Shown: positions 1-9,806 of the stretch, piece by piece
How the letters are laid out: each line of letters opens with the position of its first letter
How positions within the stretch are numbered: position 1 is the first letter of the stretch
From: Synergistales bacterium
GTDB taxonomy: Bacteria > Synergistota > Synergistia > Synergistales > JAFGMB01
Reading direction: 5' to 3'
Length of the DNA: 64,000 nt
NCBI GenBank assembly: GCA_963666205.1
Contig: OY762654.1
Span: 2,176,001-2,240,000, forward strand
Program-made: the position numbers and the translations under genes
Notes under the pieces: model-generated
Told to the model about the DNA's origin: nothing
Seen by the model: the letters and a program-made list of their open reading frames with translations, nothing else
Database searches by the model: none

Positions 1-58
1 GGGATTGACCTGAATCCCCCGAAAAAGAGCTGTGTACGTGGTAATCAGCTTTGAACAT
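1..58 (-). CDS. PHP-domain protein (HisJ-like phosphatase family), 5' end only; runs off the window
   Basis: Minus-strand ATG at 58 after a GGAGG SD reads MFKADYHVHSSFSGDS, the DxHxHSxxSxD PHP motif. Confidence 0.75.
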   Translation of the reverse strand, partial: MFKADYHVHSSFSGDSGQS

Positions 59-362
59 GTTCGTCCTCCCTGGTGACAGACTGATTGTAACAGGAGTATT
101 TCCCAGGAATGTTACCAGAGGGTAATAAAAAAGTAAAAGATATGCATGTCCTGAAATGAAATAATTTGCCGACAGCGGAAATTGACCTTTTTACCGAATA
201 ACAATACCTGAAGAAGAGGAGTTCACGAAAAAGACTTTGCTTTCTATCATTACTGTAGCGGCAGTTCGATCAGTAATTCTGCCCATTATGGTGGATGAAG
301 CCCAGAGCTCTTGCAGGAATGGATATTAACCGGTTCCTCGATGCATGGGATCTGATCTGAAA

Positions 363-404
363 ACAAAGAGAGGCACCGCTGAGACCAGCGCTGCCTCTCT
401 TTGT
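363..404. terminator. Intrinsic terminator downstream of ridA
   Basis: Inverted repeat ACAAAGAGAGGCA...TGCCTCTCTTTGT. Confidence 0.7.
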
Positions 405-421
405 CAGTACATAAAGTATTG

Positions 422-802
422 TTAACCTTTGTAGGCGATTACTTCGACTTCAACAAGGGCTCCAAGGGGAAGGGCTGCAACCTGGACGAAGGATCTCGCG
501 GGGGGCTCGGAAGTGAAATAAGAGGCATAAACTTCGTTGACGGCCTTGAAATCATTCATGTCTGTCGCAAAAACCGTTGCCTTGATGACGTTGGTCATAT
601 CAAGCCCCTGGGAGGCAAGGACTGCCTTTACATTTTTCAGTACCTGCTCTGCCTGGGCTGCAGCATCTTCTCCAACAAGTTTACCCACTGCCGGGTCAAT
701 GGCCACCTGTCCGGAACAGAAGAGGAAATCTCCTGCCTCAATGGCCTGGCTGTAAGGTCCTACTGCTGCAGGTGCCTTGTCCGTGGCTATAACTTTTTTC
801 AT
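422..802 (-). CDS. ridA: RidA/YjgF family enamine/imine deaminase
   Basis: APAAVGPYSQA, SGQV, PARSFVQVAALP motifs; 126 aa; GGAGG SD. Confidence 0.92.
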   Translation of the reverse strand: MKKVIATDKAPAAVGPYSQAIEAGDFLFCSGQVAIDPAVGKLVGEDAAAQAEQVLKNVKAVLASQGLDMTNVIKATVFATDMNDFKAVNEVYASYFTSEPPARSFVQVAALPLGALVEVEVIAYKG

Positions 803-872
803 AAATATCCCTCCATTTACATATTAGGTTTGTTTATATTACTGGATGATCCTCATATCTGCAAAGCAGAAC

Positions 873-1754
873 TCAGAAAAGTTGACCCTGAGCTGTGAAT
901 ACGACCTTTCCTCCAACGTTGACCTCCACTTCTTTACCGGTGTCCATGGCTGTAAGAAGGAGCAGGGATGGACGGTTTACCTGGTAACCCTGTTCGACGC
1001 GGATATTCTCGATCCGGGAACTGCCAAGAACCCGGTGTTTTGCAAGATACCCGGCAAGACATCCGTTTCCACTTCCCGTAGCGGGATCCTCTTCAATTCC
1101 GTAACATGGAACAAGCACCCGGTCATGGATCTGGTTCTCAGGATAAAGGGTCTCTCTGCTGAATACCAGTATAAGAGCCTTGCCTGTTCTTTCTATGAAT
1201 GGATCATAAAGATCCTTGTTTATACGCACTTTGCGAACATCTTCAAGACTTTTCAGGGGAAATATAACTGTGGGCAAACCTGTGGAAACCCACTGGACGG
1301 GGAATGCAGGATCTATCTCGGATGCTTTCATCCCGATAATGGGTGCCACTTTTTCAGCACTAAAGACTTCGCCGAATTCGGGCGCAACCTGTTTCATCCA
1401 GTATACGTCATCTTTAACCGTAACGGGAATTGCTCCTACTTTGAGATTCAGGATTATCCGGTCAGGGTTTCCTGGTGCAATTTCTTTACGTATAAGAGCA
1501 GCGGTCCCCAGAGTAGGATGCCCTGCAAATGGAACCTCTCCCCCGGGGGTGAAGATGCGGACGTCATATCCTTCATTTTCGGGAGTGTCCGAGAGAATGA
1601 AAGTGGTTTCCGAATAATTCATTTCTCTTGCGATGTCGAGCATTTCCTCAGAAGATAAATCCCGGGCATGTCTTATTATTCCCAGCTGATTACCTGCATA
1701 TTTCTTTTCGGCGAATACGTCTGCGATGTAAAAGGGATGATCTTTCATATCCAT
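873..1754 (-). CDS. PhzF family isomerase/epimerase
   Basis: DVF..GNQL, SETTF, RIFTP..EVPFAGHPTLG, EDPATGS motifs. Confidence 0.92.
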   Translation of the reverse strand: MDMKDHPFYIADVFAEKKYAGNQLGIIRHARDLSSEEMLDIAREMNYSETTFILSDTPENEGYDVRIFTPGGEVPFAGHPTLGTAALIRKEIAPGNPDRIILNLKVGAIPVTVKDDVYWMKQVAPEFGEVFSAEKVAPIIGMKASEIDPAFPVQWVSTGLPTVIFPLKSLEDVRKVRINKDLYDPFIERTGKALILVFSRETLYPENQIHDRVLVPCYGIEEDPATGSGNGCLAGYLAKHRVLGSSRIENIRVEQGYQVNRPSLLLLTAMDTGKEVEVNVGGKVVFTAQGQLF

Positions 1755-1769
1755 TCCTCCTTTATTTTC

Positions 1770-1846
1770 AACTGTTACAGTTGACAGGATAATATATAAA
1801 CCCGAAAATAACAGATACAGTTTTTGTAAAACTAACCATTACAGAT
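1770..1846. promoter_or_regulatory. Putative operator of the adjacent MocR-family regulator
   Basis: Palindrome AACTGT-T-ACAGTT (1770-1782) plus repeats AACAGATACAGTT (1810-1822) and TTACAGAT (1839-1846) between divergent genes. Confidence 0.6.
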
Positions 1847-1855
1847 TATGGAGAG

Positions 1856-3286
1856 TTGAAAGATATGGAAACTTCAGGTTATCTTTACCTGGAACTTGCA
1901 CAGAGGATAGAGCAGGGTATAACAAGCGGAGATTTTCAGGCTGGAGAAAAACTGCCATCATTAAGGAAGCTCCATCAGCGGACGGGTAGAAGTCTGACAA
2001 CTGTTTACCAGGCTTACATGGAGCTCGAAAGAAGGGGGCTGGTCACGTCTCATCCGCGATCAGGTTTTATTGTGAATCCTGATACTACATTATTCAATCT
2101 CCCCGAAGCAAGAGTTAAGGAAACCTATCCGGCTCTGGTTTCACAAACCACCCTTCTTTCAAGTATAGTGAGCAGCCTTTCCGATCCGGCTATTCTTCCC
2201 CTGGGATGCGCCTATACCTCAATGGATATGATGCCCCAGAAGCATCTTGCCAGGATATTAAGAAAGGTATTGAGCCGTGATCCTGGAGGTCTTGTAAGTT
2301 ATGAAAACACAATGGGTAACACAGAATTAAGAAAACATCTTGCCCTGTGGCTCTCAGAAAGGGTAGGAAGGATTTCTTCCGAGGATATACTCATTACCAG
2401 TGGAGGTACCGAAGCCATTTCCATATGCTTAAGGGCTATCGCAGAAAAGGGAGATACTATTTTAATCGAATCTCCGGCCTATCCGGGAGTTCTTCAAATA
2501 ATGGAGGATATGGGACTGTTCGCGTTGGAAATTCCTACGGATCCCGTTTATGGGATAGATCTGTCTATGGTAAAAAAGATCGTTAAAAAAGAAAGGATCA
2601 AAGGATGCTTTCTTACTCCTACCGTTCATAATCCCATGGGATTTGTCATGCCAGAGAGAAACATGGAAGAACTTGTCTCTTTATTTTCATCCATAGATAT
2701 ACCTGTAATTGAGGACGATACCTATGGTGAACTGACCTTTGGCGGTAAAAGGCCCGGTACATTGAAATACTGTGATAAAAAGGGTCTTGTCATCTATATT
2801 TCTTCTTTTTCCAAGATCGTGGGGGGCGGGTTACGAACCGGATATGTAGTTCCTGGAAGGTATATGGAACAGGTAAAAAAGATCAAGCTCGGTTCATCTC
2901 TTACATCCACGACGATAACCCAGAAAATTCTTGCCGAGTTTATCATGCAGGGCGGACTGGACAGGCATCTTTGTAAATTGACCAATTTCTGCCGCCGGAA
3001 TCTAGATCTTTCCATGAAAGCTGTAAGGAGATATTTCCCTGAAGAAGTCAGGGTATCTTCTCCAGCGGGAGGGTTTCTGCTCTGGCTGGAAATGCCGGGT
3101 CATGTCGATTCAATGGATGTCTTTCAAGCAGCCTGGAAGGAGGGAATATCCATATTTCCAGGAAGGGCTTTTTCTGTAACAGGACTTTATGATAACTGTT
3201 TCCGTCTGAACTGTGGGAACAGTTGGAATGAAAGGATCGAAGAAGGGTTTATGATCCTGGGGGAAATAGTCAGGAGGTCTTGTTAG
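1856..3286 (+). CDS. MocR/GabR family regulator (GntR wHTH + PLP aminotransferase domain)
   Basis: N-terminal KLPSLR..TVYQAY HTH; EDDTYGEL and SSFSK PLP motifs; 476 aa. Confidence 0.92.
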   Translation: MKDMETSGYLYLELAQRIEQGITSGDFQAGEKLPSLRKLHQRTGRSLTTVYQAYMELERRGLVTSHPRSGFIVNPDTTLFNLPEARVKETYPALVSQTTLLSSIVSSLSDPAILPLGCAYTSMDMMPQKHLARILRKVLSRDPGGLVSYENTMGNTELRKHLALWLSERVGRISSEDILITSGGTEAISICLRAIAEKGDTILIESPAYPGVLQIMEDMGLFALEIPTDPVYGIDLSMVKKIVKKERIKGCFLTPTVHNPMGFVMPERNMEELVSLFSSIDIPVIEDDTYGELTFGGKRPGTLKYCDKKGLVIYISSFSKIVGGGLRTGYVVPGRYMEQVKKIKLGSSLTSTTITQKILAEFIMQGGLDRHLCKLTNFCRRNLDLSMKAVRRYFPEEVRVSSPAGGFLLWLEMPGHVDSMDVFQAAWKEGISIFPGRAFSVTGLYDNCFRLNCGNSWNERIEEGFMILGEIVRRSC

Positions 3287-3289
3287 ATC

Positions 3290-3329
3290 AGCTGATAGAA
3301 GGGAGGATATATCCTCCCTTCTATCAGCT
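3290..3329. terminator. Perfect 40-bp palindrome, probably a bidirectional terminator
   Basis: AGCTGATAGAAGGGAGGATA|TATCCTCCCTTCTATCAGCT between convergent genes. Confidence 0.75.
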
Positions 3330-3330
3330 T

Positions 3331-4179
3331 TTATACTGCGAACATATTTTTTTCTTTCAGCCAGTTGAGAACTGTTTCTGCAAGTTCTATCCTTTTGCTA
3401 TGAAAGGAATGGCATCCATTCAGAATGGCATCTGCCGCTGTTGTTACATTGGCTTCTCTCAATGCTTTCATAAAAGGATAATGGTGTATTTCCGGATGTG
3501 ATATGTCGTCTCTGGCACCAGCTATTACCAGTAGATCCTTATCCTTGAAACCTGAAGCATGATTGGAAAAATCCCATTCTTCAGAGTTCCTGTCTATCTC
3601 TTCCAGAAGAGTTTCATGATCCGTTCCCTTGAGGGGCTGGCTGCAGTCGACGAACATTTCATGGGTAAGCTCGGCATATTCTTTGCTCATCCGGCGATTC
3701 CTGGCGACAGCTCCAAGGTTATAAGGAGCGATGGCGACAATTCGGTTAATTTCTGAAAGCCGGTAACCGTTCATTAGGGCAGAAAATCCTCCCACACTAT
3801 GTCCCATAAGAATGAACCTGGATGGGTCTACACAGTATTTCTCTATATTTGCTGGTTCCAGAAGATGTTTAATCACAGTCCTGGTATCATCAAGGACGTT
3901 CTGAAAAGAATAATCGCCCTCACTGCCCCAGGATCCCCGGTAATGAAATACCATTACGTTGAAACCGGCACGTCGGAATATCTGGGCCAGGTCAAAGTTG
4001 CGTTCGTTTCCGGGGAAGCCATGGAGAAGTAAAATTGTAGGATGTGGGCCTTTTCCCTGCGGGGTGTACATTATGCTGAAAAGCCTGGACCCTTCGCTTG
4101 GGATAGCCAGCTCCAGACAGCCTGCCGGATGTTCCAGATCGAGAAATTCCGGATCCTTTGAAATACATGTGAATGACAT
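3331..4179 (-). CDS. Alpha/beta fold hydrolase
   Basis: LHGFPG, YRGSWGS, GHSVGG nucleophile elbow, C-terminal HSF. Confidence 0.88.
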   Translation of the reverse strand: MSFTCISKDPEFLDLEHPAGCLELAIPSEGSRLFSIMYTPQGKGPHPTILLLHGFPGNERNFDLAQIFRRAGFNVMVFHYRGSWGSEGDYSFQNVLDDTRTVIKHLLEPANIEKYCVDPSRFILMGHSVGGFSALMNGYRLSEINRIVAIAPYNLGAVARNRRMSKEYAELTHEMFVDCSQPLKGTDHETLLEEIDRNSEEWDFSNHASGFKDKDLLVIAGARDDISHPEIHHYPFMKALREANVTTAADAILNGCHSFHSKRIELAETVLNWLKEKNMFAV

Positions 4180-4460
4180 CTTATCCCTCCTATTATTAAT
4201 ATTCAGGCATCTATGGATATATTAAGAACCTTATATCTGTCAGGTGTTCTATCTTCCAAAGTCATAAAAGGACCATCAGGAGATCGCTCGTCGAAAGAGA
4301 TGTTAAATTAAAGTTCGCTACGAATTTCCCTTAATTCTTGATATAAAAACCAGGAGGAATTATACGCCTCCATTAATCATTTAGTCCATTTGATTAATAT
4401 GAAACACATTGTCTTGATGACCGGAAAGCAATTCCATAAGAAAGAAAATCCCGGCGTATT

Positions 4461-5120
4461 CTATTTTTCGTTCATTATGAGAATATGTTTTTTCAGACAG
4501 TCCCTGCTTTTTTCAAGGTTCCCTTCCTCAAGGGCATCGATGAGTTCATAGTGCATTTTTGCGGATCTTTCCATGTTGTTTTCAAGGACAAGATCCTGGA
4601 ACATGGCCAGTCTGAGTTGGTAGAAAATATTCTTGAGCATGGTCAGGAACCATTTCTTGCCCGATCTCTCCCAGAGAAAGGAATGAAACCTTATATCCCT
4701 TTCATTGAATTCCGTAAGTTTTTCCTGGAGGTTTTTTGACGAAGTGGTCAACTCCACCATCTCGTCTATCATCTTTCTCAGCATCTCAAGATCCTGGACA
4801 GAAAGGCGTTTTTCCTCAATAAGTACCTGGTAAATATTCGTCTCAAGCAGGTAGCGTATTTCATATATCTCTACAAAGTCATTGTGGTCAAAATCGGAGA
4901 CGAAGGTTCCTTTACGGGGAACAGAATGGACAAGACCCTGTTTTTCCAGTTCCTTAAGTGCTTCCCGGAGTGTTGATCTGCTTATGTTCAGCTTTTCAGC
5001 CAGTTCGACTTCCCGAAGATGTTCACCTTTTTTGAAACTTTCTCCAAGGAGGATCTGTCTTCTTATAAAATCTGCTACCCGGTCACTCAGATTTTCATTC
5101 TTGAAAAAGTCCTTATCCAT
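4461..5120 (-). CDS. GntR (FadR/FCD) family transcriptional regulator
   Basis: LREVELAEKLNISRSTLREAL..PRKG HTH; FCD-type FH and H motifs. Confidence 0.9.
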   Translation of the reverse strand: MDKDFFKNENLSDRVADFIRRQILLGESFKKGEHLREVELAEKLNISRSTLREALKELEKQGLVHSVPRKGTFVSDFDHNDFVEIYEIRYLLETNIYQVLIEEKRLSVQDLEMLRKMIDEMVELTTSSKNLQEKLTEFNERDIRFHSFLWERSGKKWFLTMLKNIFYQLRLAMFQDLVLENNMERSAKMHYELIDALEEGNLEKSRDCLKKHILIMNEK

Positions 5121-5168
5121 AATGGAAATCTCCTTGTGTGATTTTCTTGAACAATATCAGCTATTTCA

Positions 5169-5205
5169 ACACTGAAGGGTTGAGAAATACCCAGCCCTTC
5201 AGTGT
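5169..5205 (-). terminator. Stem-loop after the dehydrogenase gene
   Basis: ACACTGAAGGG..CCCTTCAGTGT inverted repeat. Confidence 0.6.
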
Positions 5206-5223
5206 AAACAGTTTCAGGGTCTA

Positions 5224-6465
5224 TCAGCTCCAGCCCCGTATTTCCATGGCTTCAACGATCTTTTCAAGGGCGTTGACCCAGACAGCTGTTCTCATGGAGA
5301 TGCTCTTTTCGTCCATAACGGTCTTTGCTTCTCCATAGGCGGTCATCATCCGCTTATCAAGGCGCCTGTGGACCTCTTCCTCATCCCAGTAATCTCCGCT
5401 AAGGCCCTGCATACGCTCGAAGTCGCATACTATACAACCTCCTGCATTTGCCAGAACGTCAGGTATAACAGCTATTCCCTTCTCTTCCAGAATGTTGTCA
5501 GCTTCCGGTGTGGTCGGAGCGTTCGCTGCCTCTACAAGCAGTCTTGTCCTGATCCGTGGGGCGTTTTCCGCTGTGATAACATCCTGTACAGCGGCAGGTA
5601 TAAGGATGTCGCATTCCTTTTCCAGGAGTATGGCCGTATCCATAGGCTTTGCGCCCTTGAAATCTTTTATGGTACCTGTTTTATCTACGTGATCCATAAG
5701 CTGATCTATATTGATCCCCTGATCATTAAAAACAGCTCCATTGATATCTGATACTGCAGTTATTCTGAACCCCCGGTCATACAGGGTTTTTGCCGTAATG
5801 GATCCAACCTGTCCGAATCCCTGGATCACGACTCTGCTTTTCTCCGGTTCCATACCCAGTTCCCTGGATGCTTCAATTGTGCACATTGCCACTCCCCAGC
5901 CGGTTGCTTCAAAGCCTCCTCTGGATCCTCCAATACCCAGTATGGCAGGTTTGTCATTGATAGCAGCTGGGCAGTGCATTCCGGTGATCTGTTCATATTC
6001 ATCCAGCATCCATGCCATTGCCTGTTTTCCCGTTCCAATATCAGCTCCGGGAACGTCCACCCATGCTCCTCTGGGTTTCAGTTTCCGGATGAATCCTCTT
6101 ATGAGCCTTTCATATTCTCCTTCGCTCATTTTCGAGGGATCGGCCTTTATGCCTCCCTTACCTCCTCCTGCAGGAATATTTCCTACACCATGTTTGATAC
6201 TCATGAAGAGGGAAAGGGCCTTGATCTCCTCTGTTGTCAGATCGGGTTTGACCCGGGTTCCGTCCTTCGTGGGTCCTGTTGCATCCTGGTGATTTGACCT
6301 GTAGGCTATGAAGATCTTCCTGCTCCCGTCGTCCATGCGGACGGGGATAGTAAATTCAGTGAATCTCATGGGAGTGCTGAGCCTTTCAAGAAGGTCTTCC
6401 TTCATTCCCATTACCTCTGCTGCTTTCCTCAGGTTATATTTCGCTTCTTCCCAGACGTTATTCAT
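5224..6465 (-). CDS. Glu/Leu/Phe/Val dehydrogenase family protein with a divergent substrate pocket
   Basis: GGGKGG, QGFGQVG, EAANAP, PDVLANAGG motifs; 413 aa. Confidence 0.9.
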   Translation of the reverse strand: MNNVWEEAKYNLRKAAEVMGMKEDLLERLSTPMRFTEFTIPVRMDDGSRKIFIAYRSNHQDATGPTKDGTRVKPDLTTEEIKALSLFMSIKHGVGNIPAGGGKGGIKADPSKMSEGEYERLIRGFIRKLKPRGAWVDVPGADIGTGKQAMAWMLDEYEQITGMHCPAAINDKPAILGIGGSRGGFEATGWGVAMCTIEASRELGMEPEKSRVVIQGFGQVGSITAKTLYDRGFRITAVSDINGAVFNDQGINIDQLMDHVDKTGTIKDFKGAKPMDTAILLEKECDILIPAAVQDVITAENAPRIRTRLLVEAANAPTTPEADNILEEKGIAVIPDVLANAGGCIVCDFERMQGLSGDYWDEEEVHRRLDKRMMTAYGEAKTVMDEKSISMRTAVWVNALEKIVEAMEIRGWS

Positions 6466-6480
6466 GGAATCAGTTCTCCT

Positions 6481-7437
6481 TTAGTCCACAACAGGTAGGC
6501 TAAGGTCTTTCGGGCCTATCTCCGACATCTTGAGTTCCGGAGCTCTTCTTTCCATGATCTCCTGAAGGATGGATGCGATCTTTACCTTCTGACGGATGAA
6601 TTCGTCATGCCAGCTCTCGGTTACCCAGGGCTTGTAAATATCGGCTTCGGAGGTACCAGGCTCGATCTTGAAGTACACAGGTGCTGCCACCCTCACGATC
6701 TCCGGTACGTCGTAGGCACGGAATATGCCTCCGAAGGAATCGACAATGATCATATATACATCCAGGGGAATGTCGACAGTGCTTCGGATGCTTGAAAGGA
6801 TGGGTAGACTAACATCGGAGAGGGGATTCATTGAGTTCGCTCCAAGTTCCTCAAGAAGCCGGGCTCCCGCAGGACTGCACTGTCCTCCGAAGACAGACCA
6901 CTTGAACACGGTCTCGGGGGGAATGAATCCTTCTTCTCTCATCCTGTTCACTACACGGAGGGCTCCTTCATCATAGACAAGGAATCCCCTGATACCAGCC
7001 TCGAGATTGCGCATCATATCTTCGATCCAGTAGGCCATGTTATCAGATCCCCTGTGTCGTGGTCCCTGTACAATACCTTCGGGGTAACCCGATTCCTTGG
7101 AACCCACGTCCCAGGCCTTACGGTGGCCTATGGTCATGATGATCTCGATCTGTTCATCATGGGCAAGTTTCGCCATATCCTTCAGTTCCTGGAAATCGCA
7201 ATAGGTGGAACCTCCAACTGTGCAGATGGCTCTATGGACCTTGAGACTCCTTTTCTTTGCCTCATCCACCATGGCGACCATGGTGCTGTATCTTTCTACT
7301 CCTGCGATCTCTATCCTGTAATGACAGCCGTCAGGAAAAGATTTCCTCGAATCGGGCAATGACCAGCCGTCCCTGCCGGGTATCCCCATCGTTTCCATGA
7401 ATTTACCTATCTCTTTAAAATGTTTTGCCTTGAACAT
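6481..7437 (-). CDS. Uncharacterised protein (resembles proteins loosely annotated as U32-like peptidases)
   Basis: Long ORF in an operon, strong GAGGAGG SD before ATG 7437; FPDGCHYRIEI N-terminus; function unclear. Confidence 0.6.
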   Translation of the reverse strand: MFKAKHFKEIGKFMETMGIPGRDGWSLPDSRKSFPDGCHYRIEIAGVERYSTMVAMVDEAKKRSLKVHRAICTVGGSTYCDFQELKDMAKLAHDEQIEIIMTIGHRKAWDVGSKESGYPEGIVQGPRHRGSDNMAYWIEDMMRNLEAGIRGFLVYDEGALRVVNRMREEGFIPPETVFKWSVFGGQCSPAGARLLEELGANSMNPLSDVSLPILSSIRSTVDIPLDVYMIIVDSFGGIFRAYDVPEIVRVAAPVYFKIEPGTSEADIYKPWVTESWHDEFIRQKVKIASILQEIMERRAPELKMSEIGPKDLSLPVVD

Positions 7438-7489
7438 GTACTGTTCCTCCTCTGTAAAATGTTTTCCTTTTCTGCTGTGTCTTCGCACC

Positions 7490-8662
7490 CTAAAAGTCTC
7501 GTAGATAAGAAAGAGCGGTAGCTATGTGGAACTCGACTCCCAGTGGGAGGGAATCCTCATCGATATTGAATTTCGGATGATGGTGGGAATAGGTAGTTCC
7601 CTTCCTGGCATTTCCGGTTCCCAGGAAATAAAAAGCACTCTTTACCTTCCTTGCAAATTCAGCAAAGTCTTCCCCGACCATCATCCTCATGTTTGTACAG
7701 ATCTTTTCCGGTCCAAGGATCCTCAGAGCTTCATCCATGACAAGATCAGTCATTTCCGGATCATTGGAAAGGAGCCTGTTGCCGATGACTATTTTCAGTT
7801 CATATTCTGTTCCAGTCATATGGCATACATGGGATATGATCTCTTCGAACCGCTTTTCCACCATATCTCCACGATCGTGAAGGAATCTTATCGATCCCTG
7901 GAGCTCTACCTGTTCCGGAACAATTATGGGTGATGTTCCACCATGAATATTGCAGAACATTATCACCGTTGGTTCTTCCAGACAGTTCATTTCTCTGGTC
8001 TGAAGGTGCTGTACGTTCTCTATGATCTTCGAAGCGGCAATTATCGGATCCACTGCATTGTGGGGCATGCCTGCATGGCCGCCCTTTCCCTTTATGGTCA
8101 GGTAAAAATAATGGCTGGCTGCCATCAGAGGACCTGCATTTATTCCTATGGATCCGGTGGGCAGGGGAGACCATAAGTGGAGCCCCATGGCTGCATCAAC
8201 TTCAGGATCCAGCATCGCTCCATCAAGGATCATTTTTTCGGCACCGGCATCCTCTTCATTCGGCTGGAAGGCAAACTTGATATTCCCCTTTATCTCATCC
8301 TTATGTTCACTGAGTATTTTTGCCGCCATCAACAGCATTGCCATATGTCCGTCATGTCCGCAGGCGTGCATGACCCCATCATTTTCCGATGAAAAGGGAA
8401 GACCCGTATTTTCGGTGACGGGAAGAGCATCCATGTCGGAACGAAGAAGAAGGGTCCTTCCACCAGTTTTACCCCTCAGGAGCCCAGTTACACCCGTACC
8501 GGCAAAACCGGTCTTAACCTCCAGCCCTATCTCCTGAAGAAATCTGGAGATCCGTTCCGAGGTCCTGAATTCTCTGAAGCCAAGTTCCGGATGTGAATGG
8601 AAATCCCTCCTGAGCTCAACCAGTTCATGGATGTTACTCTGAATTTCCTCTTTGATATTCAT
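7490..8662 (-). CDS. M20D family amidohydrolase
   Basis: RRDFHSHPELGFRE, RSDMDALP, MHACGHDGH, FQPNEE, GGHA, EDFA, HHPKF. Confidence 0.93.
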   Translation of the reverse strand: MNIKEEIQSNIHELVELRRDFHSHPELGFREFRTSERISRFLQEIGLEVKTGFAGTGVTGLLRGKTGGRTLLLRSDMDALPVTENTGLPFSSENDGVMHACGHDGHMAMLLMAAKILSEHKDEIKGNIKFAFQPNEEDAGAEKMILDGAMLDPEVDAAMGLHLWSPLPTGSIGINAGPLMAASHYFYLTIKGKGGHAGMPHNAVDPIIAASKIIENVQHLQTREMNCLEEPTVIMFCNIHGGTSPIIVPEQVELQGSIRFLHDRGDMVEKRFEEIISHVCHMTGTEYELKIVIGNRLLSNDPEMTDLVMDEALRILGPEKICTNMRMMVGEDFAEFARKVKSAFYFLGTGNARKGTTYSHHHPKFNIDEDSLPLGVEFHIATALSYLRDF

Positions 8663-8702
8663 GTATTCCCCCCCTTGAGAGCCGTATAGAATTATGCTTT
8701 AA

Positions 8703-8725
8703 TGTCTAATGTCGACAATCAGACA
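8703..8725. promoter_or_regulatory. Putative GntR/FCD operator upstream of the amidohydrolase operon
   Basis: TGTCT-AA-TGTCGACA-ATC-AGACA nested palindrome about 40 bp upstream of the 8662 start. Confidence 0.55.
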
Positions 8726-8935
8726 ATACTATAATATTTTCCAGAATTTTAATCAAGTGAGGATGTTTGATTTATTCATGGAGATATTCTGAAAAGAATG
8801 GAGGTACGTAACTTTTGCGATTATGAAGCAGAAAAAAGGGGATGGATCTTTTCCATCCCCGGCGGGGAACAAAGGGGTCTTACACCTGGAATTTCAGTAA
8901 GAAAGAATGCTGTTCAGGGGTGAAAGATGATCCTT

Positions 8936-9730
8936 TCAGTTTTTACGGTTTCCGAGAAAATGTTCTATAAGCTTTCCGGCGATACTTCGGGTTGTGGGGA
9001 TTTCCGGAAATTCTTCCGGTGAAAACCACCCGGCATCCTCTATTTCTTTTTCGTCGATCCGGATCTCTCCGCTTTTCCATTTCGCAGTAAAGGCCAGCAT
9101 AAGAGAGTGAGGGAAAGGCCAGGGTTGACTGCCAAAATATTGAATGTCATCAACTTCGATAGATACTTCCTCCCGGATCTCACGTTTTACTGTATCTTCA
9201 AGGCTTTCCCCTGGCTCAACAAATCCGGCCAGGACACTGTAACGGTCTTTTGGAAACCTGGGGCTTCTGCCAAGGAGGAGTCTGCCCTCCTTTTCAACAG
9301 CGACGATAACTGCCGGCGATATGGTGGGATATTCTACATGACCGCAAACAGGACATATTCTGGATCTTTCAACCTCGGAATCTTTCATTGGTGATCCGCA
9401 TCTTCCGCAGAAAAGGTTTTTTCGAGTCCAGTCCATTAAATGATATGCCTTGCCCGATGAAGCAAAGTTTTCTTCGCCAAGAACCTCAAGGACCTTTCTT
9501 CGGGGTGCGAACTTCATTCCTCCGGGAGGTTCTGTTTCTGCTGTAACTTCAGCCCACTTGATAACCTCTCCTTCCGGATATGCTGTTTCTCTATACCTTA
9601 TGGGTTCGAGGCCAAGTATTTTCGGATTTTCCTCTTCGGGAAGATGGATCTGATCATCATCGTAGATCAGGATGTCATCTTCCCTGAATATATGCCAGAT
9701 CCGGGATGTGTTCCGGGTTTTCATTTCCAT
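8936..9730 (-). CDS. nudC: NAD(+)/NADH pyrophosphatase
   Basis: CGRCG/CPVCG zinc ribbon, Nudix box GFVEPGESLEDTVKREIREE, SQPWPFPHS signature. Confidence 0.93.
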   Translation of the reverse strand: MEMKTRNTSRIWHIFREDDILIYDDDQIHLPEEENPKILGLEPIRYRETAYPEGEVIKWAEVTAETEPPGGMKFAPRRKVLEVLGEENFASSGKAYHLMDWTRKNLFCGRCGSPMKDSEVERSRICPVCGHVEYPTISPAVIVAVEKEGRLLLGRSPRFPKDRYSVLAGFVEPGESLEDTVKREIREEVSIEVDDIQYFGSQPWPFPHSLMLAFTAKWKSGEIRIDEKEIEDAGWFSPEEFPEIPTTRSIAGKLIEHFLGNRKN

Positions 9731-9806
9731 GGGATAGCCCTTCTTTCAGTGTCATTTTCACTAACGCATTTTAGATTTTCTTTTGCGCTTTGCCCTGTTC
9801 TTCAAA

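Noticed and set aside
140-360. Possible small gene or remnant between the PHP gene and ridA
   Set aside because: Short open stretches exist, but I could not match them to any family or find a credible start.
846-1658. Long antisense ORFs (e.g. 846..1658, 9783..10565, 29049..29726, 53589..54428)
   Set aside because: They overlap well-supported genes on the opposite strand and have no recognisable motifs or SD, so they are shadow ORFs.
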